A stretch of DNA of 64,000 nucleotides from Candidatus Dojkabacteria bacterium (lineage in GTDB: Bacteria; Patescibacteriota; Dojkabacteria; GCA-002793355), in NCBI GenBank assembly GCA_030583825.1, contig CP129477.1, positions 843,627 to 907,626 of the forward strand, read 5' to 3'. The notes beneath the pieces were generated by a model. That model made no database searches, was not told the origin of the DNA, and saw nothing but the letters and a program-made list of their open reading frames with translations. This document shows positions 46,645-57,153 of the stretch, in pieces; the first letter of the stretch is position 1, and every line of letters begins with the position of its first letter. Made by a program: the position numbers and the translations under genes.

Positions 46645-47209
46645 TGTCTAATCCCCCAAGGCTTGTAATATCTTGAGTGCCACAATACACAACAGGCGTG
46701 CCGTTGACAGATTTAAACATGACACGCATTCTGCTTCCGGTTCCTGTACAAATTGCGGCTCCATTTGGTCTATAAAATGCAAATGTCGCATTTGAATCAA
46801 TCACTCTAACGTCGCTGGAACGATTAAAGTTATAGTTTGAGATATTTGCCGGGTACGGAATATAAAAGGTATTACTTTCAAGGTTTGGAGTGCTATGCTG
46901 TAGCTTGACTGTGTAATATGTCCATTGTTGAAGCGCATTATCAAATGCAATTTCTATACCGACAGCATGAACCCAGTTTTCATTCACATCTTTTGTAATA
47001 AGCATTGAGGAGCGCCGTGCGCTTCGTGCTGTAACAACAACTTCTTTGAGTATTTGTCCGGAAATAAAGACGTTTCGAGTGTTTGCTCCCAGTACTAATG
47101 CGATCAGAAAAAGCATAGAAGTAATAAGCATGACAATCAATAACTCTATCATTGTGAACGCTTTTACGTTGTACTTTTTCTGTCCAGAGACAGGGGGCAT
47201 ATCCTTCAT
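46574..47209 (-). CDS. putative minor pilin/pseudopilin
   Basis: KKYNVKAFTMIELLIVMLITSMLF (A|FTMIE with E at +5). Confidence 0.55.
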   Translation of the reverse strand: MKDMPPVSGQKKYNVKAFTMIELLIVMLITSMLFLIALVLGANTRNVFISGQILKEVVVTARSARRSSMLITKDVNENWVHAVGIEIAFDNALQQWTYYTVKLQHSTPNLESNTFYIPYPANISNYNFNRSSDVRVIDSNATFAFYRPNGAAICTGTGSRMRVMFKSVNGTPVVYCGTQDITSLGGLDIGTNFSSTKITIRTDGNISAINN

Positions 47210-47217
47210 GTATTGAC

Positions 47218-47772
47218 TTAAAATTCGACTTTTACGTTCTTTTTCTCTTCCTCATCTGCTGCAAAGAATTCTGCTGGCTTGAAGTTCATATAACTTGCAA
47301 CAAGTACGTTTGGAAAGATTTCTAGCTTTACATTGTATTCACGAACATTTGCATTGTAGAATCGTCGTGATTTCTGAATTTCTGTTTCCAACTCTCCAAG
47401 ATCAACCTGCAACTTGAGGAATGACTCGTTTGCTTTCAATTCCGGATAGTTTTCTGATACAGCAAACAAAGTCTTCAATGCCGATGTCATCTGATTGTTA
47501 ATTTGCGACATCTCTTCGATTCCTGCAGCGTTACCCATTTGTGAGCGAAGCTCTGTAATTCTCTCAAATACTTCTTTTTCATGCTTTGCGTATCCTTTTA
47601 CGACACTTACCAAGTTTGGAATAAGGTCGAAACGCTTTTTCAACAGTGTCTCGATATCTGATGCAGACTCTTTGACATTTGTTCTTAGTTGAACCAATGT
47701 GTTATATACGGCAACAAGCCACATTGCGATACATGCAATGAGTGCTATAAGTCCAAGTCCTAATACCAACAT
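47218..47772 (-). CDS. lemA: LemA family protein
   Basis: N-terminal TM helix, then NTLVQLRTNVKESASDIETLLKKRFDLIPNLV, the typical LemA core. Confidence 0.7.
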   Translation of the reverse strand: MLVLGLGLIALIACIAMWLVAVYNTLVQLRTNVKESASDIETLLKKRFDLIPNLVSVVKGYAKHEKEVFERITELRSQMGNAAGIEEMSQINNQMTSALKTLFAVSENYPELKANESFLKLQVDLGELETEIQKSRRFYNANVREYNVKLEIFPNVLVASYMNFKPAEFFAADEEEKKNVKVEF

Positions 47773-47779
47773 ACTATTT

Positions 47780-50473
47780 TTAATTGATTAGATTATTATC
47801 TTGATTATCGGGAGAATTTGTCATTGTGTCAATGATTGTATCAATATTCACATAGTCGGGATGGTTGCCTGACTGTGCTTGCACCTCAAGCATGTAACGT
47901 GCGATATTTGCTTCAATATAATCCTGAATTGCGCGCTTTAGTGGACGCACTCCCATTCCCGGGTTATATCCAATATCTGCAAGAAAGTTTATTGTTCGTT
48001 CTGAGTACTCTGCGGTGATTCCCTGCAATGCGAGTTTGCCGACAAGCTCGTTAAGATTCAGAATACAAATTTCAACAATGTGGTCGCGTGTGAGAGGTTC
48101 AAAAATAATGGTTTTATCAAAACGGTTGATAAATTCCGGGCGGAAGTATTCGGGTAACATGTTTAGCACTGTTTCTTTTGCCTGATTATATTCTTCAGGT
48201 GGCGCGTTGAGTAACAGATCACTTCCAATGTTGCTTGTACAAATAATAATTGAGTTATTAAAATAAAGATTATCACCTTTTTCGGTAACAATGACGCCTT
48301 CATCGAACAAGCGAAGGAACATGTCCAAAATGAATTGCGGTGCTTTCTCGATTTCATCTAAAAGCAAAAGCGAGTATGGGCGGACAGTCACCTTTTCAAG
48401 AATTTTCATAATTGAAGGCATGTCTGCAGCGGTTTTAAATTGTGACAAGTCAACTCGGATAACAGAATAGTCTCCTCCGAAATATTCTCGCGCAGTTATT
48501 TTTGCAAGTTCGGTTTTTCCAACACCTGTTGGCCCAAGAAACATAAATACTGAGATAGGACGTTGAGTGTTTCTCAGCATTGTTTGCGCTCGTTGCAATG
48601 CCTCAACTATAGCCCGGACTGCTGAGTCTTGGTTTACATATTTCTCGTGAATTTTGTCTTCCAGGTTTAAGAGTGTATGAGCCGAGCCTTGAGACGCTGC
48701 AATTGTTGGTATCTTTGTTATTTCTGATATTGTTTCACGCACAATTTCTCTTGTGAGCTTTTTCTCTGGTTTTCTCGAAGCAAGTATGACTGCCTGATCT
48801 AAAACTTCTACAGCTTTCTTAGGGAATCGCTTGTTTGGCATATAAATCTGTGTCATTTTTAAAATCTCTCCAAGTGCTGGGAAACTAATAAAGGTGTTGT
48901 ATTGCTTTTCATACTCTTCTACTTTTGTTGCGAGTATCGAGTATGTGTCTTCTGTGCTTACTTCATCCACTCGAACAATGCTGAAACTTTGCAAAATGGA
49001 CGGATATTGTTTCTCAAAATCATTATATTGCGCATATGTCATCGTTCCCACAATTGGGACGGGACTCTGAATTAAAAGTGGAAGCAAATATGAAATTGTC
49101 GAGCCTTGACCTGTCCCTGTTGTCACGAGTACTTCGAGCTCATCAAAGAAAAGAATTGTTCCTACCTGATTTTTGAGCTCGACAGAAAGCTTTTCGATAA
49201 GTGCAGATACCCCACCAAGGTCATTCCCTACTGATAAGAATCTGTTAATATCAATTGTTTTAATAATCAATCCGCGAAGTGATGGTGGAACATCGCCTTC
49301 AATAATCTTTTGTGCTAATCCCCAAATAATACTGCTCTTTCCAACCCCTGGGTCTCCAACTAAAATCGTGTTTGCATCATAACTTTTTTGTAAAATGCTC
49401 ATTAAATAATTAATCTCTTTTGTATGGCCAATTCCGTAAAGACCACCTCTCTCAGAGATAATTTCAGTAATGTTTGATGAAATTTTATCCAGATAAAACG
49501 TATAGCCTTTTACCCATGAGTCAACAATTCCGCCTTTCTGATAATATGGCTGTTTCAGATTAAACATATTGGTACGGCCTTTGAATTGCTCAGTAATAAT
49601 GTACCATTCGATAATCTTTTCGAATGTTGTCATGTCTACCTGGTATTGCTTGAGTACGTCTTTTAACACAGGGAACATATGAAACATAGCGAGAAGTATG
49701 TGTTCTGGATAGACTTGAAAGCTTTTTGTCGCAATTGCCTGTTCCAATGCGTACAGCAAGAACGACTGCATTGCCATAAATGGGAATGTCGGAGCAGAGT
49801 CATCGGTAATAGGCACTTGGAGCAATGCTTCTCCTGCGTCATCAATTTCAAGGCGTTTTAGAATTCTCTGTGTATGTTCATGTTTCACAACAAACTGCAG
49901 AAGCTTCTGAGTATTACACTCATAACCCTCGCGTGAATGAACAATTGCTTCGTATAAAATCTTCTTTGTCATTGGGTGGAAATATTCCAACGGGTCTTTA
50001 AGCTTAAAATGTGAGAACTGCATTGTATTTTGGCTTATACTTTCAGCGATGAAATCGTCCATCACGGGGTAACGCGTTAGCAGTTTAGGCGCGTCATATG
50101 TTGTTGCAAGGTCATGCCACAGAACTAAAATTGCAAGCGCTGCAAGGTACACGACTTCTTTTGCGAAGATGATAAATAAATCAGGAAGTCCGCTTACCCC
50201 AACACCAAAAAGATTCATGACGTATAGTGCACCCATCGGGATTGCAAGTACTAATATGCCAGTGGCAATCATTCTTTTTAGTCGTTTAAATACTTCACGC
50301 GCTTTGTGGTAACGAATTTCTTCTTCAAGTTTCTCAAGAACAACGGTGAAAATATCAAATTGCGTGACAATAAATGGCTCAAACGAAGAATCAAGTACGA
50401 CGGCATAGTTATTATATACTTGCATCTGGTTTGTTATTTTGTCTTTGTATGCGGTAATCGCGGCTTTTGTCAT
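47780..50473 (-). CDS. membrane-anchored Hsp100/Clp-family AAA+ ATPase (two AAA modules, no M-domain)
   Basis: N-terminal ~130 aa with two TM helices (ATGILVLAIPMGALYVMNLF; VVYLAALAILVLWHD). Then Clp_N-like repeats, D1 ILVGDPGVGKSS and D2 [16 protein letters not shown] with LLLDEIEKA and the sensor [10 protein letters not shown]. Only a short D1-D2 linker. No obvious (I/V)G(F/L) ClpP-docking tripeptide after the TSNIGS segment. Confidence 0.6.
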   Translation of the reverse strand: MTKAAITAYKDKITNQMQVYNNYAVVLDSSFEPFIVTQFDIFTVVLEKLEEEIRYHKAREVFKRLKRMIATGILVLAIPMGALYVMNLFGVGVSGLPDLFIIFAKEVVYLAALAILVLWHDLATTYDAPKLLTRYPVMDDFIAESISQNTMQFSHFKLKDPLEYFHPMTKKILYEAIVHSREGYECNTQKLLQFVVKHEHTQRILKRLEIDDAGEALLQVPITDDSAPTFPFMAMQSFLLYALEQAIATKSFQVYPEHILLAMFHMFPVLKDVLKQYQVDMTTFEKIIEWYIITEQFKGRTNMFNLKQPYYQKGGIVDSWVKGYTFYLDKISSNITEIISERGGLYGIGHTKEINYLMSILQKSYDANTILVGDPGVGKSSIIWGLAQKIIEGDVPPSLRGLIIKTIDINRFLSVGNDLGGVSALIEKLSVELKNQVGTILFFDELEVLVTTGTGQGSTISYLLPLLIQSPVPIVGTMTYAQYNDFEKQYPSILQSFSIVRVDEVSTEDTYSILATKVEEYEKQYNTFISFPALGEILKMTQIYMPNKRFPKKAVEVLDQAVILASRKPEKKLTREIVRETISEITKIPTIAASQGSAHTLLNLEDKIHEKYVNQDSAVRAIVEALQRAQTMLRNTQRPISVFMFLGPTGVGKTELAKITAREYFGGDYSVIRVDLSQFKTAADMPSIMKILEKVTVRPYSLLLLDEIEKAPQFILDMFLRLFDEGVIVTEKGDNLYFNNSIIICTSNIGSDLLLNAPPEEYNQAKETVLNMLPEYFRPEFINRFDKTIIFEPLTRDHIVEICILNLNELVGKLALQGITAEYSERTINFLADIGYNPGMGVRPLKRAIQDYIEANIARYMLEVQAQSGNHPDYVNIDTIIDTMTNSPDNQDNNLIN

Positions 50474-50859
50474 GGAACAAGAAATGGATTGAGTAAAATC
50501 ATTGCAATAATGAGGGGCAAGAGAATAAGCTGAAGAAGAATAACTAATAACAGTGCTCCGTTTGCAACAATAACAACAAAGCCTGCAACGGGAATATACA
50601 CAGTTTTAAGAAACATTCCGACAACCCAACCGGCAATATTATAGTCATTTCGCCAGGGCTTTAAATATCCTTTGAGAATAATCGGCAAAGAAGTGGAGTC
50701 TAACAATACGATATTAATTCTTTTGAGAATGCCGAGCAGATATGTGGGAATATCAACATACCACCAGAGAATAAAATCCTGGACAAAGGACAAATGAAGG
50801 CCGGCGTAATCAAAGATTGTTGTTGACTTCTTCTGGGACAGCATGGGCAGCATCGTCAA
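50470..50859 (-). CDS. small hypothetical membrane protein
   Basis: ORF with two or three hydrophobic helices. Overlaps its neighbours. Confidence 0.3.
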   Translation of the reverse strand: MTMLPMLSQKKSTTIFDYAGLHLSFVQDFILWWYVDIPTYLLGILKRINIVLLDSTSLPIILKGYLKPWRNDYNIAGWVVGMFLKTVYIPVAGFVVIVANGALLLVILLQLILLPLIIAMILLNPFLVP

Positions 50860-51445
50860 TTTGGTTTAAATATTCCTCCTGAACAAGATACGAAACTTTG
50901 TTTACTCCATAGCGACGCTCTTCTGCAACTGCGAGCCCTGTTGGAATCGGCAGTTTAAACTTTTTGGGATGTTTCACGATAACGAGAGACTTTGGGTTCA
51001 ACATGCTTTTACAACGATCAATAATTTCGAGCATGTAACTGTCTCTTTTTTCGTTTTCCATCTGGTACAACTTCGAAAACGGAGGGTCTATGAAAATAAT
51101 ATCAAATTTTCGGTTTTTACGTAATGATTTTACAAGAAATGTAAGAATATCCATTTGGTACACTGCGGTTGCGTCTTTAATACCAAGAGCCTGAACATTC
51201 TGCTTGATTGCTTCGACAGATTTTGATGCAATATCAACAAACACAACTTTTCTTGCGCCACGTGACAATGCTTCTATTCCGAAAGATCCTGCTCCGGCGA
51301 ACAAGTCCAATACTGACGCGTGCTCTATAAAATCATCGAGAAAGTTAAACACTGCGAGTCGTAATAATCGCTGTGTTGGGCGAACGTCTCCATCTGGGAC
51401 GATAAGCTTTTTTCTTTTGAGTGTTCCTGCTGCTATATGAGCCAT
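50810..51445 (-). CDS. rsmD: 16S rRNA (guanine966-N2)-methyltransferase RsmD-like
   Basis: VLDLFAGAGSFGIEALSRGARKVVFVD (SAM motif I) and IIFIDPPF (the DPPY-type motif IV). Confidence 0.65.
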   Translation of the reverse strand: MAHIAAGTLKRKKLIVPDGDVRPTQRLLRLAVFNFLDDFIEHASVLDLFAGAGSFGIEALSRGARKVVFVDIASKSVEAIKQNVQALGIKDATAVYQMDILTFLVKSLRKNRKFDIIFIDPPFSKLYQMENEKRDSYMLEIIDRCKSMLNPKSLVIVKHPKKFKLPIPTGLAVAEERRYGVNKVSYLVQEEYLNQIDDAAHAVPEEVNNNL

Positions 51446-52233
51446 AATAAAATGAAAATGCCAACTAAAATTCTATAAAACGCTGAATATTTCATAACTT
51501 TGGTTGTATTTGATGAGGTAAAAAGCCACATCGCTCCAATTCCTAAGAAAAATGAAAGTGCAAATCCGATAAATAATGCCCACGGAGCAATTCCCAATGC
51601 TGCGATTGAACCGGATGTTATTAACTTTACTAGGCCAACTCCAGCTGCAGCGGTAAGTAGTGGAAATCCAATAATGAATGAAAATTTTGCACTTGTTTGT
51701 GGAGTAACACCTGCGACGATTCCCGACATAGTTGTAATTCCACTTCGCGATGTTCCTGGAATCAGAGCAAGTACTTGCCCTGCACCAATAAATAACGCCT
51801 GTTTGAGTGTTATTTTATCTGTTTTGTTTGTTATAAACGTTGCTGATTCTGCTTTATGTGCAATGTGAGCCATAACAAAGCCCCAAAATAGCTGAGATAC
51901 GCCAATTATGATCGGAGAGTACAAAAGCATGTCTATGACATCAGAAAAGAGTAATCCAATAATTCCTGCTGGAATGATTGCAACAATAACGGCTGGCCAT
52001 TGCTTTGGATTTTTGGCAATTTCAAGTAACTCCTGCCAAAAAAGAAAGCCAATTGAGAAAACTGTCGGTAAATGGAGAAACGCTTCCAGTCCATGAGCAT
52101 CAATTGCTGCGATATGTTCAATAATTATGAGATGTCCGCTCGAAGAAATGGGAAGGAATTCAGTGATTCCCTGCACAATGTTCAACAGCAAATAGAGAAG
52201 ATTCATGCCATTATGGTAGCACATATGGTACAA
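51433..52233 (-). CDS. uppP: undecaprenyl-diphosphatase
   Basis: GITEFLPISSSGHL (BacA/UppP signature) and a polytopic membrane protein of 266 aa. Confidence 0.8.
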   Translation of the reverse strand: MYHMCYHNGMNLLYLLLNIVQGITEFLPISSSGHLIIIEHIAAIDAHGLEAFLHLPTVFSIGFLFWQELLEIAKNPKQWPAVIVAIIPAGIIGLLFSDVIDMLLYSPIIIGVSQLFWGFVMAHIAHKAESATFITNKTDKITLKQALFIGAGQVLALIPGTSRSGITTMSGIVAGVTPQTSAKFSFIIGFPLLTAAAGVGLVKLITSGSIAALGIAPWALFIGFALSFFLGIGAMWLFTSSNTTKVMKYSAFYRILVGIFILLWLI

Positions 52234-52241
52234 TAACTACA

Positions 52242-53477
52242 ATGAAATCGGGTGCTATCGCTTTTGTTGCAGCAGGTTCAGGTGGACATATTCAGTCTGC
52301 TCTTGCAGTACTGGAATTTATTGTCGCAAACCAGCCAGAACTCGCTAAAAACTGCATATTTGTCGGGAGCAATCTGACAATGGAAGGCGAGGTAAAAAAA
52401 GAGTCGTTAGAAGAAAGTCTTTGCAAGCGAATGAATATTCCTTTTGTAAAGGTTCGAGGAGGAAAATTCCAACGCCAGCTTTCTATTCATTCTTTAAAAT
52501 TGTTTCTTGGCATCATTTTTGGTTTTTTCGACTCCTGGAAATTCTTTACAGAGCATAAGCCTGCGGTCGTTGTGTCTTTTGGTGGGTACAGTTCCCTTCC
52601 GATGGGATTTGTTGCCTGGATGAGAAATGTTCCGTTTTTAATTCATGAGCAAACCACGAGCATTGGTCTTACCAATCGTCTGCTGAAAAGGTTCGCAAAT
52701 ATCAGTGCAATCAGCTACGTTAACTCGCGTCCGTTTTTTAAAGGAGCAAAAGAAGTCGTTATGACAGGAAGTCCAAGCCGTGAGTATTTATTCAAAGTCC
52801 AAACTGTTGGCGATCTTAAAACTTACTTGTCCACTCACCCTACTCCACTTGAAAACGAAATTAACTATATTTCTGATCTCGAAAAGCTTATTAGCAACAC
52901 CGACAAATACCCACTTATTTTAATGTCGGGGGGAAGTCAGGGCTCACATATGTTGAACCATACAATCCTTCCATTACTTAATGAACTAACTGAGCATCAC
53001 TCATTGTTTATTCAAACCGGAGATAACCAGCTGTACAAAGACTATGACGTGCTTATGGCAGCCTGGGAGCAGCTTTCAGATGAGAAAAAATCCCGCGTTA
53101 TTATTAGAAAGTTTATATACGAAGAGTTTGGAATCTTGTACAAGCACTCATCGTTATATATTGGACGAAGTGGTGCAAATTCAGTGTATGAAGTCGGAAT
53201 GATGGGAATCCCCGCAGTATTTATCCCAATTCCGTGGGTGACAAAGAATGAGCAGTTTACAAATGCAAAAATTATCGAAGATTTGGGATTTGCAACAATT
53301 CTCCATCAGGATGATCTTACTCCTGAGTCACTAAAAGCTGCTCTGGACAAGATGGAAAAGAATTCTCATGCGCCACCAAAAGAAACTCTTGAAGCATTAT
53401 TCCCAAAAAACGCCGCAGAGCTTATTACGAATGAAGTAATAAAGTTGCTGGAAGTTGATACAAAAGTGTCGGATTAG
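52242..53477 (+). CDS. murG: MurG-like glycosyltransferase (GT28)
   Basis: N-terminus AFVAAGSGGHIQSALAV (compare GGTGGHVFPALA) and a C-terminal GT28 domain (GRSGANSVYEVGMMGIPAVFIP). It sits next to uppP. Confidence 0.6.
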   Translation: MKSGAIAFVAAGSGGHIQSALAVLEFIVANQPELAKNCIFVGSNLTMEGEVKKESLEESLCKRMNIPFVKVRGGKFQRQLSIHSLKLFLGIIFGFFDSWKFFTEHKPAVVVSFGGYSSLPMGFVAWMRNVPFLIHEQTTSIGLTNRLLKRFANISAISYVNSRPFFKGAKEVVMTGSPSREYLFKVQTVGDLKTYLSTHPTPLENEINYISDLEKLISNTDKYPLILMSGGSQGSHMLNHTILPLLNELTEHHSLFIQTGDNQLYKDYDVLMAAWEQLSDEKKSRVIIRKFIYEEFGILYKHSSLYIGRSGANSVYEVGMMGIPAVFIPIPWVTKNEQFTNAKIIEDLGFATILHQDDLTPESLKAALDKMEKNSHAPPKETLEALFPKNAAELITNEVIKLLEVDTKVSD

Positions 53478-53535
53478 GTGAGTGATTAGCAGTCTTGTAT
53501 TGAAATTGCTAATTTAATGTCTTATAATTTCAACT

Positions 53536-55959
53536 ATGGAAGGAGAAAGAATAGACATTCTGCAGTTTTTCTCGCAGAAAGCAAAAGAAATGCTTGCATT
53601 GGCAATTGAGCGTGCCCAGTTGCGTAACAGCTCATTTGTTGACACGGAAGATTTATTGTTAGAGCTCACAAAATCCAGCGAATTGGTACAACGTATTTTA
53701 AAAGAGCTGAAAGTTGACGTTTCATTATTAGAAGAATATCTCGAAAATAACTTGCCTACTGTGCGAAACGCCGGCGAAGGGTTAGATTTATCTCCGCGTA
53801 TGAAGCAGGCGTTACAGCTTGCATTTCAGGAATCTCGAGAACTTGGTCACTCATACGTTGGCCCAGAGCATATGTTGTTGGGTATTATTCGCGAACAGGA
53901 CGGATTTGGAGCACGAACACTTGCAAAATATGATGTTACATTGATTAATGCTCGACAGGCTGTGCAGAAAATTGTTGGAAAAGGCGATGAATCCGGTCAG
54001 GAGTCATCTGAGAAAACAAATACTCCTACATTGGACAAATATTCACGAAATCTTACCGCACTTGCGCAGAAAGGGAATATTGACCCCGTTATTGGCCGTA
54101 ATGACGAAATTACCCGTTTGATTCAGATTCTCATCCGTAGAAGGAAAAATAATCCGGTACTTATTGGTGAGCCTGGAGTCGGAAAAACCGCAATTGCTGA
54201 AGGTCTTGCCCATAGAATTTTAAGCGATGGCGTTCCAGACGAGCTAAAAGGTAAGGTTGTGAAAGAGTTAGATCTTGGCGCGCTTATTGCAGGAGCAAAG
54301 TTTCGTGGAGAATTTGAAGAACGCGTAAAAAAAGTTATTGAAGAGTTACAAAAATCTAGCGGAAGCATCATTTTATTCATTGACGAATTGCACACCGTTG
54401 TAGGTTCGGGTGCACAGGAAGGACAAATGGATCTTTCAAACATGCTAAAACCTGCCCTTGCCCGTGGCGAGTTTCAGATTATCGGTGCAACTACTCTTTC
54501 TGAGTATAAAAAGTATATCGAAAAAGATGCTGCTTTAGAGCGACGTTTTCAGCCAATTCTCGTAGAAGAACCAACAGTCCAGGCAACAATTGGCATGCTT
54601 GAAGGAGTTCGTGACCGTTACGAAGCATTTCACAAAGTCAAAATTGAGAGTACCGCGATTGAGCAAGCCGCCCACCTTTCCGATCGTTACATAAAAGACC
54701 GATTTCTGCCTGATAAAGCATTTGATGTGTTAGACGAGGCATGTAGCGTTGTAAAAATGGAGTCTCAGTATGAGCCAAACGACCTTCGTGAACTAAAGCA
54801 GCAAATTGCAGGACTTGAAAAAGAGCGTGAATCGTTGACGAGGTCACAACAGTTTGAAGAAGCCGCAAAAATGAAGCAGGAAATTGAGCATTTGAAAGAG
54901 AAATTGGCACCTGTAGCCGAGGAATGGGAAAAAACGAAGTCAAGGGGCACCCCCGTGGTTACACCTGCCATAATCGCCACTGTATTAGCTAAAATGACCG
55001 GTATTCCAGTATCCCAATTACAGCAAGAAGAGCGTCAAAAACTACTTGAATTAGAGAAGGTGCTTCATAGCCGCGTTATTGCTCAAGATGAGGCTATACA
55101 GGCCGTTTCAGAGGCCATACGACGTGGCAGAGTGGGCCTTGGGGATCCAAACCGCCCAATTGCGTCATTTTTGTTTCTTGGGCCGACAGGAGTTGGTAAA
55201 ACAGAGCTTGCAAAAGCACTGGCCGAGTTTGTATTTGGTGACGAAGAAGCAATTATTCGCATTGATATGAGCGAATATATGGAACAGCACAGCGTTGCAA
55301 AGCTTATTGGCTCTCCTCCGGGATATATTGGCTACGAAGAAGGTGGTCAGCTTACAGAAAAAGTCCGACGTATGCCCTACTCTTTGATTTTGCTCGATGA
55401 AATTGAAAAAGCTCATCCAGATGTTTTGAATATCTTACTGCAACTTTTGGACGATGGACGGTTAACAGACGCAAAAGGCCGCACCGTGGACTTCAAAAAT
55501 ACTGTTGTGATTGCTACCAGTAACCTTGGCGCTCACTTTATTGTTGAGTTTCTCAAGCAAAAAGAGCGAAAGCCCGGTGAATGGGATGGTGTCAAAAAAC
55601 AAATTGGCGAATTATTGAAGAGGCACTTTAGGCCAGAATTTTTAAATAGAATTGACGATGTCATTATTTTCCATCCATTGGAGATTGCCCATATTGAGGG
55701 AATTGTTGCAATGCAGCTCGATCGCGTTCGCAGAATGCTTGAGGCACAAAAAATTACCGCAACATTTGAACAAAGCCTGATTGAACATATTGCCGATACT
55801 GGCTTTGATCCAGAATTTGGGGCACGTCCATTGAAACGAGCCATTCAGAAAGAAGTCGAAAATGAACTGTCAAATATGATTTTGTCAGGGAAGGTTAAGG
55901 AAGGTGATGAGATAAGTGTGGGGTTTGTGAAAGGAAAAGTTGTTGTTAAAGGGAAATAA
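53536..55959 (+). CDS. clpC: ATP-dependent Clp ATPase ClpC-like (Hsp100)
   Basis: Two Clp_N repeats, D1 [19 protein letters not shown], a short coiled-coil linker, D2 [19 protein letters not shown], and the sensor [10 protein letters not shown]. 807 aa. Confidence 0.8.
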   Translation: MEGERIDILQFFSQKAKEMLALAIERAQLRNSSFVDTEDLLLELTKSSELVQRILKELKVDVSLLEEYLENNLPTVRNAGEGLDLSPRMKQALQLAFQESRELGHSYVGPEHMLLGIIREQDGFGARTLAKYDVTLINARQAVQKIVGKGDESGQESSEKTNTPTLDKYSRNLTALAQKGNIDPVIGRNDEITRLIQILIRRRKNNPVLIGEPGVGKTAIAEGLAHRILSDGVPDELKGKVVKELDLGALIAGAKFRGEFEERVKKVIEELQKSSGSIILFIDELHTVVGSGAQEGQMDLSNMLKPALARGEFQIIGATTLSEYKKYIEKDAALERRFQPILVEEPTVQATIGMLEGVRDRYEAFHKVKIESTAIEQAAHLSDRYIKDRFLPDKAFDVLDEACSVVKMESQYEPNDLRELKQQIAGLEKERESLTRSQQFEEAAKMKQEIEHLKEKLAPVAEEWEKTKSRGTPVVTPAIIATVLAKMTGIPVSQLQQEERQKLLELEKVLHSRVIAQDEAIQAVSEAIRRGRVGLGDPNRPIASFLFLGPTGVGKTELAKALAEFVFGDEEAIIRIDMSEYMEQHSVAKLIGSPPGYIGYEEGGQLTEKVRRMPYSLILLDEIEKAHPDVLNILLQLLDDGRLTDAKGRTVDFKNTVVIATSNLGAHFIVEFLKQKERKPGEWDGVKKQIGELLKRHFRPEFLNRIDDVIIFHPLEIAHIEGIVAMQLDRVRRMLEAQKITATFEQSLIEHIADTGFDPEFGARPLKRAIQKEVENELSNMILSGKVKEGDEISVGFVKGKVVVKGK

Positions 55960-56051
55960 AGGGTGTATTGGGGCAGCTTTTTAATTACGTTTTAGGTTGG
56001 GATTCATTGGAGCGAAGGAACGCGAATCCCTAGTGAAGTAATTATTCGCTA

Positions 56052-56381
56052 TTAGCTAAGCAGGTCTCTAAGAATAAGAGCGATATGCTCTTCTCCAAAC
56101 GGGAGGGAGGTATTGTGCAAAACGCGGAAAAATTTTGCCGTTACCTCATACTGGGCGAGTATTACGTGTCCGGGGGGTGGCGTGATTAGGTGACAGGTAA
56201 TCGTGATTCCAAAACGACTTTTGGTAATTGCTACCTCAAGGTCGTAAACTCCCTCTATGGGATATGGGAAGGTTTTTTCCATTACTCCCTCATTCTCATT
56301 GCTGCGCCAATTATTTTTTGGCGATCTAATGAGGTGGATCCATTTTTCTTCGATATTGCCTGCCAAGGTTTGAATGTTCAC
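56052..56381 (-). CDS. small hypothetical protein (109 aa), member of a tandem paralog triad
   Basis: ORF. The C-terminus EEHIALILRDLLS resembles the C-termini of the two upstream ORFs. Confidence 0.3.
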   Translation of the reverse strand: MNIQTLAGNIEEKWIHLIRSPKNNWRSNENEGVMEKTFPYPIEGVYDLEVAITKSRFGITITCHLITPPPGHVILAQYEVTAKFFRVLHNTSLPFGEEHIALILRDLLS

Positions 56382-56529
56382 TATGTTTTTCCTTTCTTAA
56401 AGTGCTAACGATACAAGTATTGTATCATAAATATAGGATATAGTAAATTTGAAAAAATAAAAAGTTGAGAGCGAGTTCAGAGAAGTGCTAATGTAATTCC
56501 TGAACTCCGGGAGTATAGATTGTATGTTG

Positions 56530-56988
56530 TCAGTAGTTATTACCGTTTTCCAGTTGCTTAAGCAAAGATTCAACAAGTTCGAGTATTTCTTGCGCTGTGA
56601 GCATCCATAGAGTATCTGGGATGATAGGCAAAATAATTACTCGAGGTGCTCGCCCGCCAATGAGAGGAGTAAGGGTGAAGTAATAATTTATTGCTTGTGG
56701 CTCCTCTGTCTCGGATACTTGCACTCCTAACCCGCAGTTACTGAGATCTTCGTACTTGAAGGAGACTGTAAAAGTCTTTTGTACGGTTTCATTGCCGCTT
56801 TTACGGACAAGTATAAAGTTTCTCAGGAATATTGTTCCGATGAGTACCCATTGCTCTCCTCGCGGAGTAAGCGGATCATCGAAAATATCCATAATACGTT
56901 GCTTCTTTATAATGTTATAGGCCTTTCGGCACAGCAACAAAAGAAGAACATTTAAACGATATTCAGTACTGGCATTTTGCGGAATCAT
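56530..56988 (-). CDS. small hypothetical protein (152 aa, possibly ~120 aa from the internal Met MDIFDD), paralog triad
   Basis: ORF. The C-terminus TAQEILELVESLLKQLE. Confidence 0.3.
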   Translation of the reverse strand: MIPQNASTEYRLNVLLLLLCRKAYNIIKKQRIMDIFDDPLTPRGEQWVLIGTIFLRNFILVRKSGNETVQKTFTVSFKYEDLSNCGLGVQVSETEEPQAINYYFTLTPLIGGRAPRVIILPIIPDTLWMLTAQEILELVESLLKQLENGNNY

Positions 56989-57153
56989 GGTGATCCCCTT
57001 TCAATTAAAAATGTGCGAATACAATTCTATACAGCTATGCGAATTATACCATATATTGGTTATTTCTGGATTTTTTATTTGTGTAAGGGGTTGAGCTGGA
57101 CGTTCAGATGCGAGTAATTGTAAATAATCTGAACGCCAGAGGGTTGAAAAGAG

